This document shows positions 1-10,652 of a DNA stretch of 64,000 nt, piece by piece. The DNA comes from Wickerhamiella versatilis (lineage: Eukaryota). Under the pieces are notes generated by a model. That model was not told the origin of the DNA and searched no databases. It saw only the letters and a list, made by a program, of their open reading frames with translations. How positions within the stretch are numbered: position 1 is the stretch's first letter; each line of letters begins with the position of its first letter. The translations under genes were made by a program, and so were the position numbers. The DNA is taken from contig JAQOWU010000008.1 in assembly GCA_030867685.1 (NCBI GenBank), positions 1,178,001 through 1,242,000 on the forward strand. Reading direction: 5' to 3'.

Positions 1-472
1 ATAGTAGTGGCTACTAGCTTGAGCGAAAACACGATCACAACCCAATGGTACTGAATTGAGTAATTACTACATGCCAGTAGAACTCAAATCTTAGTTCCTT
101 TACATGCAAGTCGGCTTACAGTGCATCTTAAGGCACCGCACTAACTGCTTTTGTGCCATGCTGAAACCATGTAAAAATTACTAGAGACATGTCTCAGTTC
201 TATCAAGGTGTTAGATATGTTTGTCCATATATGCTAAAAAAAGTATTATTTTGGAGATTTGAATTGGATTATGACAAGTAATACCTTAGCAGGGTCCTGC
301 GAGCTATTTAAAGAAGGTTCTAGTAAAGTGAAAAAGGAAAACCAAAGGGTGAGGGCTGTAAAAAAAACATACTAAATAAAGATAATAATCATAAAAAAAA
401 TCTTTTGAATCTCGATTTTGTAGCGATAGTAAGCAGCAATTATTCATCACAAACACTCTGGGTTGGTATTTG

Positions 473-1615
473 ATGTCGTTACTGACTAGGGTCCGGGCTG
501 CATTTCTTGCTGATGCGCCTGCGGATCAACATCTACAGCAGCTCGATACAAACTTTAGTTTCTTCGAGGGGCTGAGGCGTCTGCGTAGGCATCAGTGGCG
601 ATGGCGAGATTTGCAGTTCTGCGTCATTATCCCTACGTTAATATTCTGCTTTGTTGTCTGTGAAAAACCCACACTGATTCCGCGAACACTTTTCACCCTC
701 CTACTGATTTATCTGGTGACAGCACCAGCAACCGGCCAGTTTTTCCGAAATTTTCTGCCAACGGCAACATGGCTGTTGCTATTCTATGCCTGCCGTTATA
801 TAAAACCGGAATGGCGACCTCCCATTTTCGTGCGTGTACTGCCAGGTTTAGAGACAATATTCTACGGTGGAGACCTTAGCGAAACACTCTCCGCCAGCAA
901 TAATAGTTTTTGCGATATTCTAGCATGGATCCCTTACGGACTTGTCCATTTTGGTGCTCCTTTTGTTGTTTCTTTTGTTATGTTTGTATTTGGACCACCA
1001 GGATTATTGCCCGTGTTCCATTTTGCCTTTGGATACATGAACCTTATTGGGGTGATAATCCAACTCTCCTTCCCAAATGCGCCACCTTGGTATCGGAGAT
1101 TGTATGGGTTAGCCAAGGCAAATTATAGCATGAAGGGCTCTGCAGGGGGACTAGAAAGAGTTGATACTTTAACAGGCCTTAATTGGTACACCATCCCATT
1201 CAAAGAATCACCGCTGGTTTTTGGAGCATTCCCCTCGTTACATAGTGGATCTGCGGTGATGGAAGCACTGTTTATGTCGTATTTATTTCCGCAAGCTGGA
1301 CCAATTTTGGTACTTTATGTCATGTGGATATGGTGGGCAACTATGTACTTGACGCATCATTATTTCATCGACCTTATTGGTGGTGCTTTACTCAGTCTGT
1401 TCGTGTTTTATATATGCAGCATTACAATTTTGCCCCAAAAGCAGGAAGGGAAGTTTGGAAGATGGTCCTATTCTTACGTCAAACATGGTATTTCACGTGT
1501 GCCCGAATATAGTAAAGCCGTGGAAGAAGAGACATACGAACCGGAGTTTGAACTAGGAACTATTCCTAGGGATTCAGCACTGCTGTCCCGCTCCAGCACT
1601 CCAAGACCACCTTAA
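473..1615 (+). CDS. AUR1: Inositol phosphorylceramide synthase (aureobasidin A target)
   Basis: Multi-TM protein with WRPPIFVRVLPGLE, AWIPYG, APPWY, FGAFPSLHSG and THHYFIDL lipid-phosphatase-like motifs. First ATG is at 473 (the track starts at TTG 470). Confidence 0.95.
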   Translation: MSLLTRVRAAFLADAPADQHLQQLDTNFSFFEGLRRLRRHQWRWRDLQFCVIIPTLIFCFVVCEKPTLIPRTLFTLLLIYLVTAPATGQFFRNFLPTATWLLLFYACRYIKPEWRPPIFVRVLPGLETIFYGGDLSETLSASNNSFCDILAWIPYGLVHFGAPFVVSFVMFVFGPPGLLPVFHFAFGYMNLIGVIIQLSFPNAPPWYRRLYGLAKANYSMKGSAGGLERVDTLTGLNWYTIPFKESPLVFGAFPSLHSGSAVMEALFMSYLFPQAGPILVLYVMWIWWATMYLTHHYFIDLIGGALLSLFVFYICSITILPQKQEGKFGRWSYSYVKHGISRVPEYSKAVEEETYEPEFELGTIPRDSALLSRSSTPRPP

Positions 1616-1804
1616 TTTATTTAAAACCTTACTTTAGCTCTTTAGGGGCCGCCTGGGAAGGAATGGAAAATCACCGTTACATAATAGATTAGCCGCACGG
1701 GAATAGGAAGAAGACCCAACTCAGCTCAGAGAAGTAAAATTTGACGTGCCACCACTCGTTCTCTCCAACCAAAATTACTCTAGAGTGGGTTGGTCCACCT
1801 GCAA

Positions 1805-3433
1805 ATGGGCTTGAAACATATTTTTGGCCGAAAAAATCCTCGCGGAAACGAGGACAACAACTCCGCGTACCACCAGAGAGGTGGTGGCCACGTGCCACCT
1901 TCTTCCTCGTTGTCGACTGGTACATCTATCAGTAAGAGTAGTTCAAATGCCTCAGTAGAGGAAAAACCGCATACCACCACTCCTCAGCACGATTCTTCCG
2001 CTGACATTCCATCCCCACCTCCTGCAGCTGCCGCTCAGCTACGCAACTTACCCAAACAAAATGACTCCAAAGCATCGGTAGCATCGTCAGTACTGCAGCG
2101 TGGAGGGACTCCGCCCATAAGCAGACAAAACTCTCGCACTGCTGGTGACCGTATTCAACGGTTAGAAAATGGATCCCATGTTCACCATCTTCGCAACCAG
2201 CGACGACAAGAAAAACTGGGAAAGATGTTGCGTGAAATCATGGGAACTGGTCAAAAAGTTGGTCATAACGCGGTATCTGCAGTCCCAGATTTTGTTTCGA
2301 GAAATAGAGAACAGGATGCTGATAGCAGCGAGGAAGCGAATGCGAACCCACTTTCACTAAGCTTGATGCAAGGTCTAGTGAAGAAAGAGACACAAATAGA
2401 ACGTGCCAACGGAAACAGCTCAAATGTAAAGAAAGACTCAACACCGCCTTATTTCAATGGCCTGCCGTTGAAGGGGGACAGTGCTCAATCTTTGTTACAA
2501 AAATATGGGCGATGCCAAGAAGTAATTGGCAGAGGATCATATGGGGTAGTTCGTGTTTCTCATAAGCAGACATCAAGTGGACAGGAGCAACTTTTCGCTG
2601 TGAAGGAATTCAGACGAAGACCTAAGGAAAATGAAAAGCGTTTTCAAGAAAGATTTACGTCTGAATTTTGCATATCCTCAGCCCTCCACCACACGAATAT
2701 CATTGCAACCTTTGATTTGATGAGAGATGTAAATGGTGGATGCTGTCAGATCATGGAGTATTGCTCTGGGGGTGACCTATATTCCCTAATACTGACCGCT
2801 GGAAACGGTCTTAGCAGTATAGAATCTGACTGCTTTTTTAAGCAAATTTTACGTGGTGTTGTCTATATGCACTCCATGGGTGTAGCTCATTGTGACCTTA
2901 AGCCCGAAAATATCCTTTTGACTCGAGATGGCGTGTGTAAGATTTCCGATTTTGGAAGCGGTGAGTGCTTTAGGATGGCATGGGAAGACAATATACATCT
3001 TTCAACAGGTGTATTCGGGTCTGGTCCTTACATTGCACCAGAAGAGTTCAAAGGGAAGCCGTTTGATCCTCGAGCTGTTGACATATGGGCACTTGGTATT
3101 ATATATATGGTCATGCGTAAAGGATCGTATCTTTGGCGTCTTGCGGATCCTGAGCAGGATGAATATTACAAACAATATATTATTGACCGAAAGACAGAGT
3201 CAGGTTATGGCCCAGTAGAAAAACTCGCGCCGTCCAAATCTATCTATGTCATTTACAGTATATTGGATCCGGTACCCAGTCGACGCATCACCGGAAAGCA
3301 GGTTCTTAATTCCGAGTGGAGTCGTCTAATAAAAGTTTGCGAGGCTGCTGATGTCAAGAAAGCGCCTTCGTCAAGTTCGAGTGCTCCTTTGCGCAAAGAC
3401 TTCAACCAGGTTGAAAAGTTCAAGCAAAACTAG
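1805..3433 (+). CDS. SAT4: HAL-family Ser/Thr kinase (Sat4/Hal4-like)
   Basis: Kinase motifs GRGSYG, AVKEFRR, HCDLKPEN, DFG and GSGPYIAPEE. TSEFCISSALHH and the N-terminal HHLR..RQEKLGKML segment are typical of Sat4. First ATG is at 1805. Confidence 0.8.
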   Translation: MGLKHIFGRKNPRGNEDNNSAYHQRGGGHVPPSSSLSTGTSISKSSSNASVEEKPHTTTPQHDSSADIPSPPPAAAAQLRNLPKQNDSKASVASSVLQRGGTPPISRQNSRTAGDRIQRLENGSHVHHLRNQRRQEKLGKMLREIMGTGQKVGHNAVSAVPDFVSRNREQDADSSEEANANPLSLSLMQGLVKKETQIERANGNSSNVKKDSTPPYFNGLPLKGDSAQSLLQKYGRCQEVIGRGSYGVVRVSHKQTSSGQEQLFAVKEFRRRPKENEKRFQERFTSEFCISSALHHTNIIATFDLMRDVNGGCCQIMEYCSGGDLYSLILTAGNGLSSIESDCFFKQILRGVVYMHSMGVAHCDLKPENILLTRDGVCKISDFGSGECFRMAWEDNIHLSTGVFGSGPYIAPEEFKGKPFDPRAVDIWALGIIYMVMRKGSYLWRLADPEQDEYYKQYIIDRKTESGYGPVEKLAPSKSIYVIYSILDPVPSRRITGKQVLNSEWSRLIKVCEAADVKKAPSSSSSAPLRKDFNQVEKFKQN

Positions 3434-3573
3434 TAAAACGCAATTGTGTTTGCTTTTCCATATTAGTTCATATTTTGTAATTTATTTAACAGGCATTATT
3501 GCAGCAATATAAGATAGCTATGTTGTCGCAGACCTCTAACGCTTTAACGTAGAGCCATCCGCTACTAATTCGG

Positions 3574-4728
3574 TTAAAAATTAACAAAATAAGGTCCATA
3601 AGGATCTGGACCTGTCTCTCCATAGTGATTAACCTCCTCAGGGTACATTTCGAATTGTGACGAATCACCAACACCGGAGCGAATGGGTGGTTCGTACGGT
3701 GTTTCAATTGTCCGGTTTAGAAGTTTCTCCCAGACAACCTCAGCGAACCAAGGATGTGCTTTAACGTCATTTGCTCCGCCATTAAGATTTCCGAGCCTCA
3801 AGCTTAAATCTTTGGTAATTAGACGTTGCAAAAGATCCACGGCAAGAGGTTGTAAAAACGATGGATATTGTACTTCACCGTGCAAAATCTTTTCGTATGT
3901 CTTCATGTGGGAATTAGAATAGAAAGGCGTGTAACCTGTCAACATTTCAAATATGAGGACACCTAATGACCACCAGTCAACACTCATATTGTATGGCTTG
4001 GAAGCCACAACTTCTGGCGCAATATAATCAGGGGTGCCACAAAGGGTCCAAGTGACATCAGGAACTTCCTTGGAAAATCCAAAATCGGTAATTTTTATGT
4101 GTCCATGCCTGTCTAAAAGGATGTTTTCCGGTTTGAGATCTCGGTAAATGATTCCCAAATTGTGCAGATACTCAAGGGCCAAAACAACCTCACTTGCATA
4201 AAATTTAGCCACTTGCGATGGGAAGCGCCGCGACTTGCGCAGTAACGTGAAGAGTTCTCCTCCCTCAATATACTCCATTACCATGAAGAGGCTAGTGCTA
4301 TCTTGAAAAGTACCCCATAGTTTGATAAAAAAAGGAAATTCAATTTTCTTGAGGATACGACGTTCATCATTTGTATGCTGTATCTGTTTCATTTTTACGA
4401 CTTGAGCCTTTCGTAGTGATTTCATTGCATAAAAACGACCGTTGTGCACGCTACGAACCAAGTGTACCCTTCCGAAAGAGCCTGTTCCCAGAGTTCGCAT
4501 GATTTGGAAGTCTTTGATTGTATATTTTCCACGAGTGACGTATTCAGTGTCAGGCTGAGGCATGGGCGTCCTAGGCAGCGGCACATACTGTTCGGCAGCA
4601 GGAGCGGTATGGGGAGTCGCAAATTCTTGCGTTGGCGGCGATGTGTGTGGAAAGTGAGGAGCTTGCGGTGCTACAGACATAGCATCACGAGCAGCAGCAG
4701 CAGTGGCTACTCCATCGGCCTGATCCAT
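3574..4728 (-). CDS. TPK2: cAMP-dependent protein kinase catalytic subunit (Tpk2-like)
   Basis: [38 protein letters not shown] and a C-terminal FxxF. The paralog number is uncertain. Confidence 0.9.
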   Translation of the reverse strand: MDQADGVATAAAARDAMSVAPQAPHFPHTSPPTQEFATPHTAPAAEQYVPLPRTPMPQPDTEYVTRGKYTIKDFQIMRTLGTGSFGRVHLVRSVHNGRFYAMKSLRKAQVVKMKQIQHTNDERRILKKIEFPFFIKLWGTFQDSTSLFMVMEYIEGGELFTLLRKSRRFPSQVAKFYASEVVLALEYLHNLGIIYRDLKPENILLDRHGHIKITDFGFSKEVPDVTWTLCGTPDYIAPEVVASKPYNMSVDWWSLGVLIFEMLTGYTPFYSNSHMKTYEKILHGEVQYPSFLQPLAVDLLQRLITKDLSLRLGNLNGGANDVKAHPWFAEVVWEKLLNRTIETPYEPPIRSGVGDSSQFEMYPEEVNHYGETGPDPYGPYFVNF

Positions 4729-5087
4729 TGGCGTGGGAGATCGACAAGCTCTTGGTAAGCAGGCAAACTCTCGCTTATCTTGACATCTGAACCAAAAAGC
4801 TGGGGTAAAATTCAGTGATAATAGACGAAGGATGTGGATGAAAAAATGGCAAAATTAGCCATTTCTAAATACCAAATGTCTGCATAGGAAGACAGGACAT
4901 GAAGCCTTCTTGGTGATGTAGAAAAACCAACAAAGTAGGTGATTTCTAAATACTAATAGCATTTCAGAATAAATAACACATAATTTGAGGTTTAGTCCAA
5001 ATGCAATGGTTGATAAAAAGACATATTTTTACTCCCTTTTATTCTGACCGAAATTACTCAGACAGTCTCGAGGAGAGGGGAGAGGAT

Positions 5088-6107
5088 ATGCGCCCTTATG
5101 AGCGCTGGGTTCTTGCAAATGCGTCTCAGATACGCAGTGCTGATTCCCTTCTAAACTATCTTGGCATGTTTATACCTGGCCAGACTCCTCAGGTGGAGCT
5201 TGCGAGTGAAGGGGCCATTGCGGTTTTACAGCTACTTGGGTTATATGAGTCTAGGCTAGTCGCTCATTATAGCCCAGGTCTCTCGCAATTTTCACAGTGG
5301 CTCTCCGCTGTGTACATGCAGAAAAAGGGTTATGAACGTCTTGCGTATTTTCTGGCCATTCTGCGATCTGGTGAAATGTTTCTTGAAACGCTTTCAAATC
5401 GGTTTACAGGTTCACGTGGCCGGTGGAGAGTAATTCTCGGTATAGAATCCACAAAAGTTGCCCTCAGACTTGGTCTACTTTTGATCAGTCGACGTCCAAC
5501 TCCTGTTGAGCCTGTCTATGGCCGTGATCTTCCTCCCGAGAAGGTTGAAGAACTTCTGATTCCCCAAAGACCGGTTGCAAATGAGTCGGATGATACATTA
5601 CTACCACGTACGGGAAAAAGAGTACCTCAGCTACCCAAGGCGGCGTCAGACTTGCTTTCGTCGAGAGTCTTGAAACCAGAAGACTTGCGCAAAGATATTG
5701 ACTTGATTCGGCCTTTATCATCCCAGAAAGCTACAATTGCTGAAATACTACAGATCTTAAGACCACTGATTTATGCATCGCTTGCGTATAAGTACCGGCG
5801 AACACCAAAGAACTGGACTCCATGGGTTACTGGGGTCTTGGTTGAATTCATCGCTCAAAACTTAGCGAAAGAATCTCTACCTGCCAGACATAGAACACAA
5901 ATTGAGTCGGATAATATCAGAGAGCGGTCATTGTCTTTGGTTTGGTGGGCATTCAGAGACCCAATGTGGAGTGGTATGCTGAAGCCATTTATACTGAGGA
6001 TAGTTGAGCGGTTCCAAAAAGTTCCATTAATCGGCATTGGTACAACGCTTCTAGAAGACTGGACGTATTTGTTCGATGAGTTCTATTTCGCGTCTGCCAC
6101 ACAATGA
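5088..6107 (+). CDS. PEX16: Peroxin 16 (peroxisomal membrane biogenesis)
   Basis: YERWVLANASQI N-terminus, RWRVILGIESTK, LPRTGK, AEILQILRPLIYA, WTPW and a C-terminal YLFDEFYF. Likely start is ATG 5088; an in-frame upstream ATG exists at 5001. Confidence 0.85.
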   Translation: MRPYERWVLANASQIRSADSLLNYLGMFIPGQTPQVELASEGAIAVLQLLGLYESRLVAHYSPGLSQFSQWLSAVYMQKKGYERLAYFLAILRSGEMFLETLSNRFTGSRGRWRVILGIESTKVALRLGLLLISRRPTPVEPVYGRDLPPEKVEELLIPQRPVANESDDTLLPRTGKRVPQLPKAASDLLSSRVLKPEDLRKDIDLIRPLSSQKATIAEILQILRPLIYASLAYKYRRTPKNWTPWVTGVLVEFIAQNLAKESLPARHRTQIESDNIRERSLSLVWWAFRDPMWSGMLKPFILRIVERFQKVPLIGIGTTLLEDWTYLFDEFYFASATQ

Positions 6108-6283
6108 AATGTAGACCACCCTTACACTTAATGGCAAAAAGATATAGATTTTTTTATTTGTTATTTACCAATTATAGATTGAAATCATCTCTTTGGTGTC
6201 AGTACCTTATCTTTATACATTGCAGGCGACAATCTGAATTTCTTATTCTAATTTAGTCATCACCCCACTGTGCCGCCGCGTAA

Positions 6284-8116
6284 ATGGCAGCTAGGCAGCG
6301 AAGTCGGAGAGGAGACTTAGACCCTCAAAAAGAAAGCCTAGCTCAGCTATCTAATGAGGTCAACGACGGGGTTCCGAGTGAGGCTGTTTTGGGTCAGTTA
6401 CAAACTGTTTTGGAGGGGCTTAGAGATCGATCGCAGTCTTACCTCAAACAGCTGGAGGGACAGCTTAGTGGCTTCAATGAAGCCGCTCTGACTGTCCGAA
6501 AGGAGCTTTCGAGAAGAAATGGTAATACAAATTATGACGAAACTAGCGATCAACTTGTTCCAAAGCAAGAGGTGTCTAATGACTCCTTGTCAGGCACATC
6601 GTCACGAGAGCAAGCCGGTGGCGAGCCTATGGATGATGTTCAACACGACGCTTCAAATGAAAATTCATTGAAGACTGGTTCTGAATTTGAAAAGAGTCGA
6701 GACGAAAAGGGACGTGGGAAGTCTAAGAGCCACTTGGAAGTTACTGACAATATATCAAGCAAAAACGCGCACGCATCATCGCAGAATGCTAATGTTGGAT
6801 CATCAAATCAAAAGTTTGTACCTAATCCCAAATCAGAGTTTGTAGATGCTCAAGCGTTGCCCATCGGTGCGCTTGGCCTCTTTGAAGAAAATAGTGACGA
6901 TGAGGAGGAGGCAGCACTGAAAAAGAGGTTGGGAGTTGTGAGCTTTCCTACAACAGACTTGTCTGAATTCCTACCTGGTCCACTGCCTGAGGGAGACTTC
7001 ACAAGAGGAAAACCTCCAAACCAGGTGCAACTCTCAACTTTTTCATCTTTTCTTGAGCCATATTTTCGTCCGTGGAGTGAGGAAGATTTGGGTTTTTTGC
7101 AACAAAGAAATTTCAGTGAAGTAGTAAGTTTTGGACGTGCCATAAGTCCCTACGTGATCCCGCCCCTTGGCCCGCCTTACCCACAAAATTGGGTGGAGGA
7201 AGACCAACAAATGGCTTTCACTGATAGTAGGGAACGTCCGCCGCGTGTGAACCCGCCGGTACCACCATCTGTTGATGTTAGACAATTTTTTGCGAATGGA
7301 GCTCCTCAGGACTTGACAGATGCTAATGTTGAACAAGGTACAGTGGGGCTTGGACCACTCACTGCTAGACTTGTTACCGCATTATTACCCGAAGACCATG
7401 AGGATGATGATGCTGCCGAGGGAAGTGCTCCTCCTCAGGCACCAGCGGTTTCAATGATTCCCAAGCAGCCACAAAAAGGACCAATGATATCCGACTTTTC
7501 TAGTTTGGAGGAGCGGCTTAAGCGAGAGTTTAGGTATGTTGGTATTGTTGACTTGGAAGTTTTACGAAAATTTGCAGCGACCAAGAGGCAGTTTAAACTT
7601 GCCCATGATACCGGTGATATTGACATTGACGATCCTGGGGATATTGAAATTGACTGGGTTAATGGATTGGAGGATGACGAAATTTGTCGGGAGCTCCGAT
7701 TTTTACAGGAGAAACTCGGCGAGGTTTCGGCCAAAAATATAAAATTCAAACGTCGGCTTCTTCCCGTTATTCAAGAACAGATGGCTTGGCAAGAGTATTC
7801 CAATATTTTAGCGGATCTTGATAAGCAGATCGATCAAGCCTACTCGAGACGTCTCAAGATGCCAAAGCAGAAGAAAAAAGTAACGAAAGATCAGCATCGA
7901 AATGGAAATCGGGATCAAAGTCCTGCTCCTGCGACGCCTGATAGTTCGTCAACTACAGTCGATCATAAGCCTATGGTCAACGCGCTACTTGAGAAACGCC
8001 GTAGGTGGATCAATAAGATTGGATCAGTTTTTCGCCCTCCTCGCCAAATGCTCTGTGGATTCGAGGATCCCAAATTTGAGGGAATTGATGATGATGCAGA
8101 CGAAGATGAAGAATGA
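6284..8116 (+). CDS. NGG1: SAGA/ADA complex subunit Ada3
   Basis: NPKSEFV, LPG..DFTRGKPPNQVQLSTF, EPYFRP, YVIPPLG, GPLTARL, EDDEICRELR and EQMAWQEY motifs. Confidence 0.9.
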   Translation: MAARQRSRRGDLDPQKESLAQLSNEVNDGVPSEAVLGQLQTVLEGLRDRSQSYLKQLEGQLSGFNEAALTVRKELSRRNGNTNYDETSDQLVPKQEVSNDSLSGTSSREQAGGEPMDDVQHDASNENSLKTGSEFEKSRDEKGRGKSKSHLEVTDNISSKNAHASSQNANVGSSNQKFVPNPKSEFVDAQALPIGALGLFEENSDDEEEAALKKRLGVVSFPTTDLSEFLPGPLPEGDFTRGKPPNQVQLSTFSSFLEPYFRPWSEEDLGFLQQRNFSEVVSFGRAISPYVIPPLGPPYPQNWVEEDQQMAFTDSRERPPRVNPPVPPSVDVRQFFANGAPQDLTDANVEQGTVGLGPLTARLVTALLPEDHEDDDAAEGSAPPQAPAVSMIPKQPQKGPMISDFSSLEERLKREFRYVGIVDLEVLRKFAATKRQFKLAHDTGDIDIDDPGDIEIDWVNGLEDDEICRELRFLQEKLGEVSAKNIKFKRRLLPVIQEQMAWQEYSNILADLDKQIDQAYSRRLKMPKQKKKVTKDQHRNGNRDQSPAPATPDSSSTTVDHKPMVNALLEKRRRWINKIGSVFRPPRQMLCGFEDPKFEGIDDDADEDEE

Positions 8117-8274
8117 AGAGAAAAAATTGCTGAACGTGCATTCATCTGTTACTTTTAATGATATTTTTTACGCCACTCATGTATGTAAAAGAACAAAGAA
8201 AAAATACCTTTCTGATTAAATTTACATATCAAAAAGACTTTTTAAGAACTAGTCTCTATCTCTTAAGATTTTGA

Positions 8275-9681
8275 TTACCACCGATTCATAGACATATCAT
8301 TGCGAATGCGGAGGTAATCACGGAGTTGTCCTATGCGGCCGAGGCCTGCGATAGCAATATCACGGTCCCAGAGATATTGCTGAGCAAACTTCTTAACGTC
8401 TGCCGTAGTAACAGCATTAACAGCACGCTCGACCTGCTCAGGGGTCTGGCGCAATCCCGTAGTAACGAGCTGGCGACCTATATCCTCAGCTGCGGCTGTT
8501 GACCCATCAAGAGAAAGCAAAAGAGTAGCCTTGAGCTGAGACTTGGCCCTCTCAACTTCCGCATCGGTCACAGATACACTGAGACGATTCCACTGCTTCA
8601 AGGTGAAATGAACAAGGTCATCCAGGGTATCCTCCTTATCACTTACCAGATAGATACCCCACAATCCAGTGTCTGCGTACGAAGTACTGAAGCTCATGAA
8701 ACTGGATGCCAGATGATTATCATTCACAATTTGTGCCAACTTAGACCCCTGAGTATTTGCTGTGCCGCTTACGCGATCCCATGATCCGATAACGGCTTGA
8801 GCCACAAGGGCAGGATAGTAGCTTGGGGAATCCCAGCTAACACCCTCGACTGCAATTGCGACATGTGCGGCTGGCAAAGTATCATCTCTAATACGGACCT
8901 CAGAACCCACAAAGTTAGAAACATCACCGTTCTGGATGGAACCACGACCAGGCTGAACAGGTACGGGACTTGCCTTCAAGTTACCAAAATGCTTCTCAGC
9001 AAGCTTTACTAGCTCGTCATGTTTGACGGCACCAGCACCGACAAGGACCATTCGGTCGGCCTTATAATTTGTAGCAATATAGTCAGTGAGTTCCTTCTTT
9101 GTGATCTCCTCGATGTTCCGTTTAGGGCCAAGGATTGTCCGCCCGAGAGGCTGACCCTGGAAAGCCACTGCGTGGAGGTGGTCAAAGAGAACCTCCTCGT
9201 AGATCTTGTCAACCTCTTCAGATTCACGGAGAATAACATCACGCTCCCGCTCAATTGCCTGCTCATCCAGCTTCGAGTTCTGCAAGATGTCCGAGAGTAT
9301 CTCGACAGTCTTAGGAACATCCTGCTCAAGCGACTTGGCATAGAAGACAGTATTTTCACGAGAGGTGTATGCGTTCAAGTGGCCACCCATGTTTTCTATC
9401 TCGAGCTCAAGCTGCTGTTGAGTTCGACTTTTGGTTCCCTTAAAAGAAAGGTGTTCAAGAAAATGGGCAGTACCGTTGTTGAACTCATGCTCAGCACGGG
9501 AGCCTGCATCGATGAATACACCGACAGTTGCCGTCTGCGCCGCCGGCTGAGGCTCACTTGCAACCGTAAGTCCGTTGGACAAAGTCGAAGTAAGTGTTTT
9601 CGGGGCCTCATAGCTGAAGGTATGAGCCCGACGGGCGAATGCACGCGTGAGTACTGAGCGACCAGCCTGGCGAAGCATCAT
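8275..9681 (-). CDS. MAS1: Mitochondrial processing peptidase beta subunit (possibly also bc1 core protein 1)
   Basis: Arg-rich presequence, intact HFLEH zinc motif, LNAYTSRENT, M16 peptidase features and a C-terminal RIRNDMS. Confidence 0.92.
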   Translation of the reverse strand: MMLRQAGRSVLTRAFARRAHTFSYEAPKTLTSTLSNGLTVASEPQPAAQTATVGVFIDAGSRAEHEFNNGTAHFLEHLSFKGTKSRTQQQLELEIENMGGHLNAYTSRENTVFYAKSLEQDVPKTVEILSDILQNSKLDEQAIERERDVILRESEEVDKIYEEVLFDHLHAVAFQGQPLGRTILGPKRNIEEITKKELTDYIATNYKADRMVLVGAGAVKHDELVKLAEKHFGNLKASPVPVQPGRGSIQNGDVSNFVGSEVRIRDDTLPAAHVAIAVEGVSWDSPSYYPALVAQAVIGSWDRVSGTANTQGSKLAQIVNDNHLASSFMSFSTSYADTGLWGIYLVSDKEDTLDDLVHFTLKQWNRLSVSVTDAEVERAKSQLKATLLLSLDGSTAAAEDIGRQLVTTGLRQTPEQVERAVNAVTTADVKKFAQQYLWDRDIAIAGLGRIGQLRDYLRIRNDMSMNRW

Positions 9682-9699
9682 TTAAAGAGCTATGTGATG

Positions 9700-10083
9700 A
9701 TTGGCTAAGCTGGGACGGAAGAGAATTAGGTGATCATGTGACTCACAAGTTAGAGGGAAATATCTTAAGCCTATGTGAAGTTTAGTAGCATTATGGAACT
9801 TATTACTGATTTAGCACGTGGAGTATGAATATAAAGGGCAGAGTAATTTTTGATAAAGCTCATGTAGTGAAGATATTGTCACCAGATACTTGACGGCCTA
9901 ATCCTCTTCTAGAATTTAAAAACAAGAAAACAGCAAGCAAACAACTCGCATATATCTATACACTTTTCTGCTATTCAAGAGGCTGCTGCTACTCGGTTAC
10001 TGTCTGTGTGGACCAAAAAGCCAATTAATAATCAGAAATAGTTTATTAGTTAATACAAGTCCAATTGGAATTTGTCTCATTGG
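9700..10083. promoter_or_regulatory. Bidirectional MAS1/SDH4 promoter with CCAAT (HAP) boxes, a TGACTCA site and a CACGTG site
   Basis: ATTGG/CCAAT at 9700, 10021, 10061/10064 and 10079; TGACTCA at 9739-9745; CACGTG at 9815-9820. The region lies between two mitochondrial genes. Confidence 0.5.
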
Positions 10084-10113
10084 CTCTCATTACCTCATCT
10101 GAACCAGACCCCG

Positions 10114-10617
10114 ATGCTTTCGATGTCGAGATTTCCGATGCGTTTAGCAACACGCTCACGACCCATGGTAGCTCGTGCTTTGCCAGCCTTCCCTAGTAGC
10201 CAGAAACGGTTTCTTTTTGAAGGTTGGGGGGTCCCGCAGCCTCCAGGAAACATCGTTGGTACCGTCAATGATCCTGTTAAGATTCCTCCACCCTCGCACA
10301 TTCATGGGTCTTATCACTGGACCTTCGAGAGAATTGCAACGGTAGGAATGCTGCCTTTGGTTGTTATTCCAATGGTGACTGGTGAGCTATCCCCCGTTCT
10401 TGATGCAGTATTAGGTAGCTTGCTAGTTGTTCACAGCACCACGGGCATGCAGTCTGTTATCACAGATTACTTTCCGAAACGCAAGTTCCCCAAAGGAAAC
10501 AAAGTACTTATGGGTTTACTTTACACCGGGTCAGCAGCGGCCCTTTACGGTGTATACCAGCTTGAAACAGAAGGTGAGGGAATTGTTGGGTCTGTGAAGA
10601 AGGTTTGGTCTGCATAA
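10114..10617 (+). CDS. SDH4: Succinate dehydrogenase cytochrome b small subunit (CybS; Sdh4/Tim18 family)
   Basis: Presequence, PQPPGNIVGTVND, HGSYHWTFER and ITDYFPKR motifs, three TM segments. First ATG is at 10114. Confidence 0.88.
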   Translation: MLSMSRFPMRLATRSRPMVARALPAFPSSQKRFLFEGWGVPQPPGNIVGTVNDPVKIPPPSHIHGSYHWTFERIATVGMLPLVVIPMVTGELSPVLDAVLGSLLVVHSTTGMQSVITDYFPKRKFPKGNKVLMGLLYTGSAAALYGVYQLETEGEGIVGSVKKVWSA

Positions 10618-10652
10618 AATGCGTAATATTCTGGTTATAAATTATAGAAGTG

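Noticed and set aside
9019-9657. 212-aa ORF antisense to MAS1
   Set aside because: Shadow ORF produced by the codon bias of a conserved gene; no motifs of its own.
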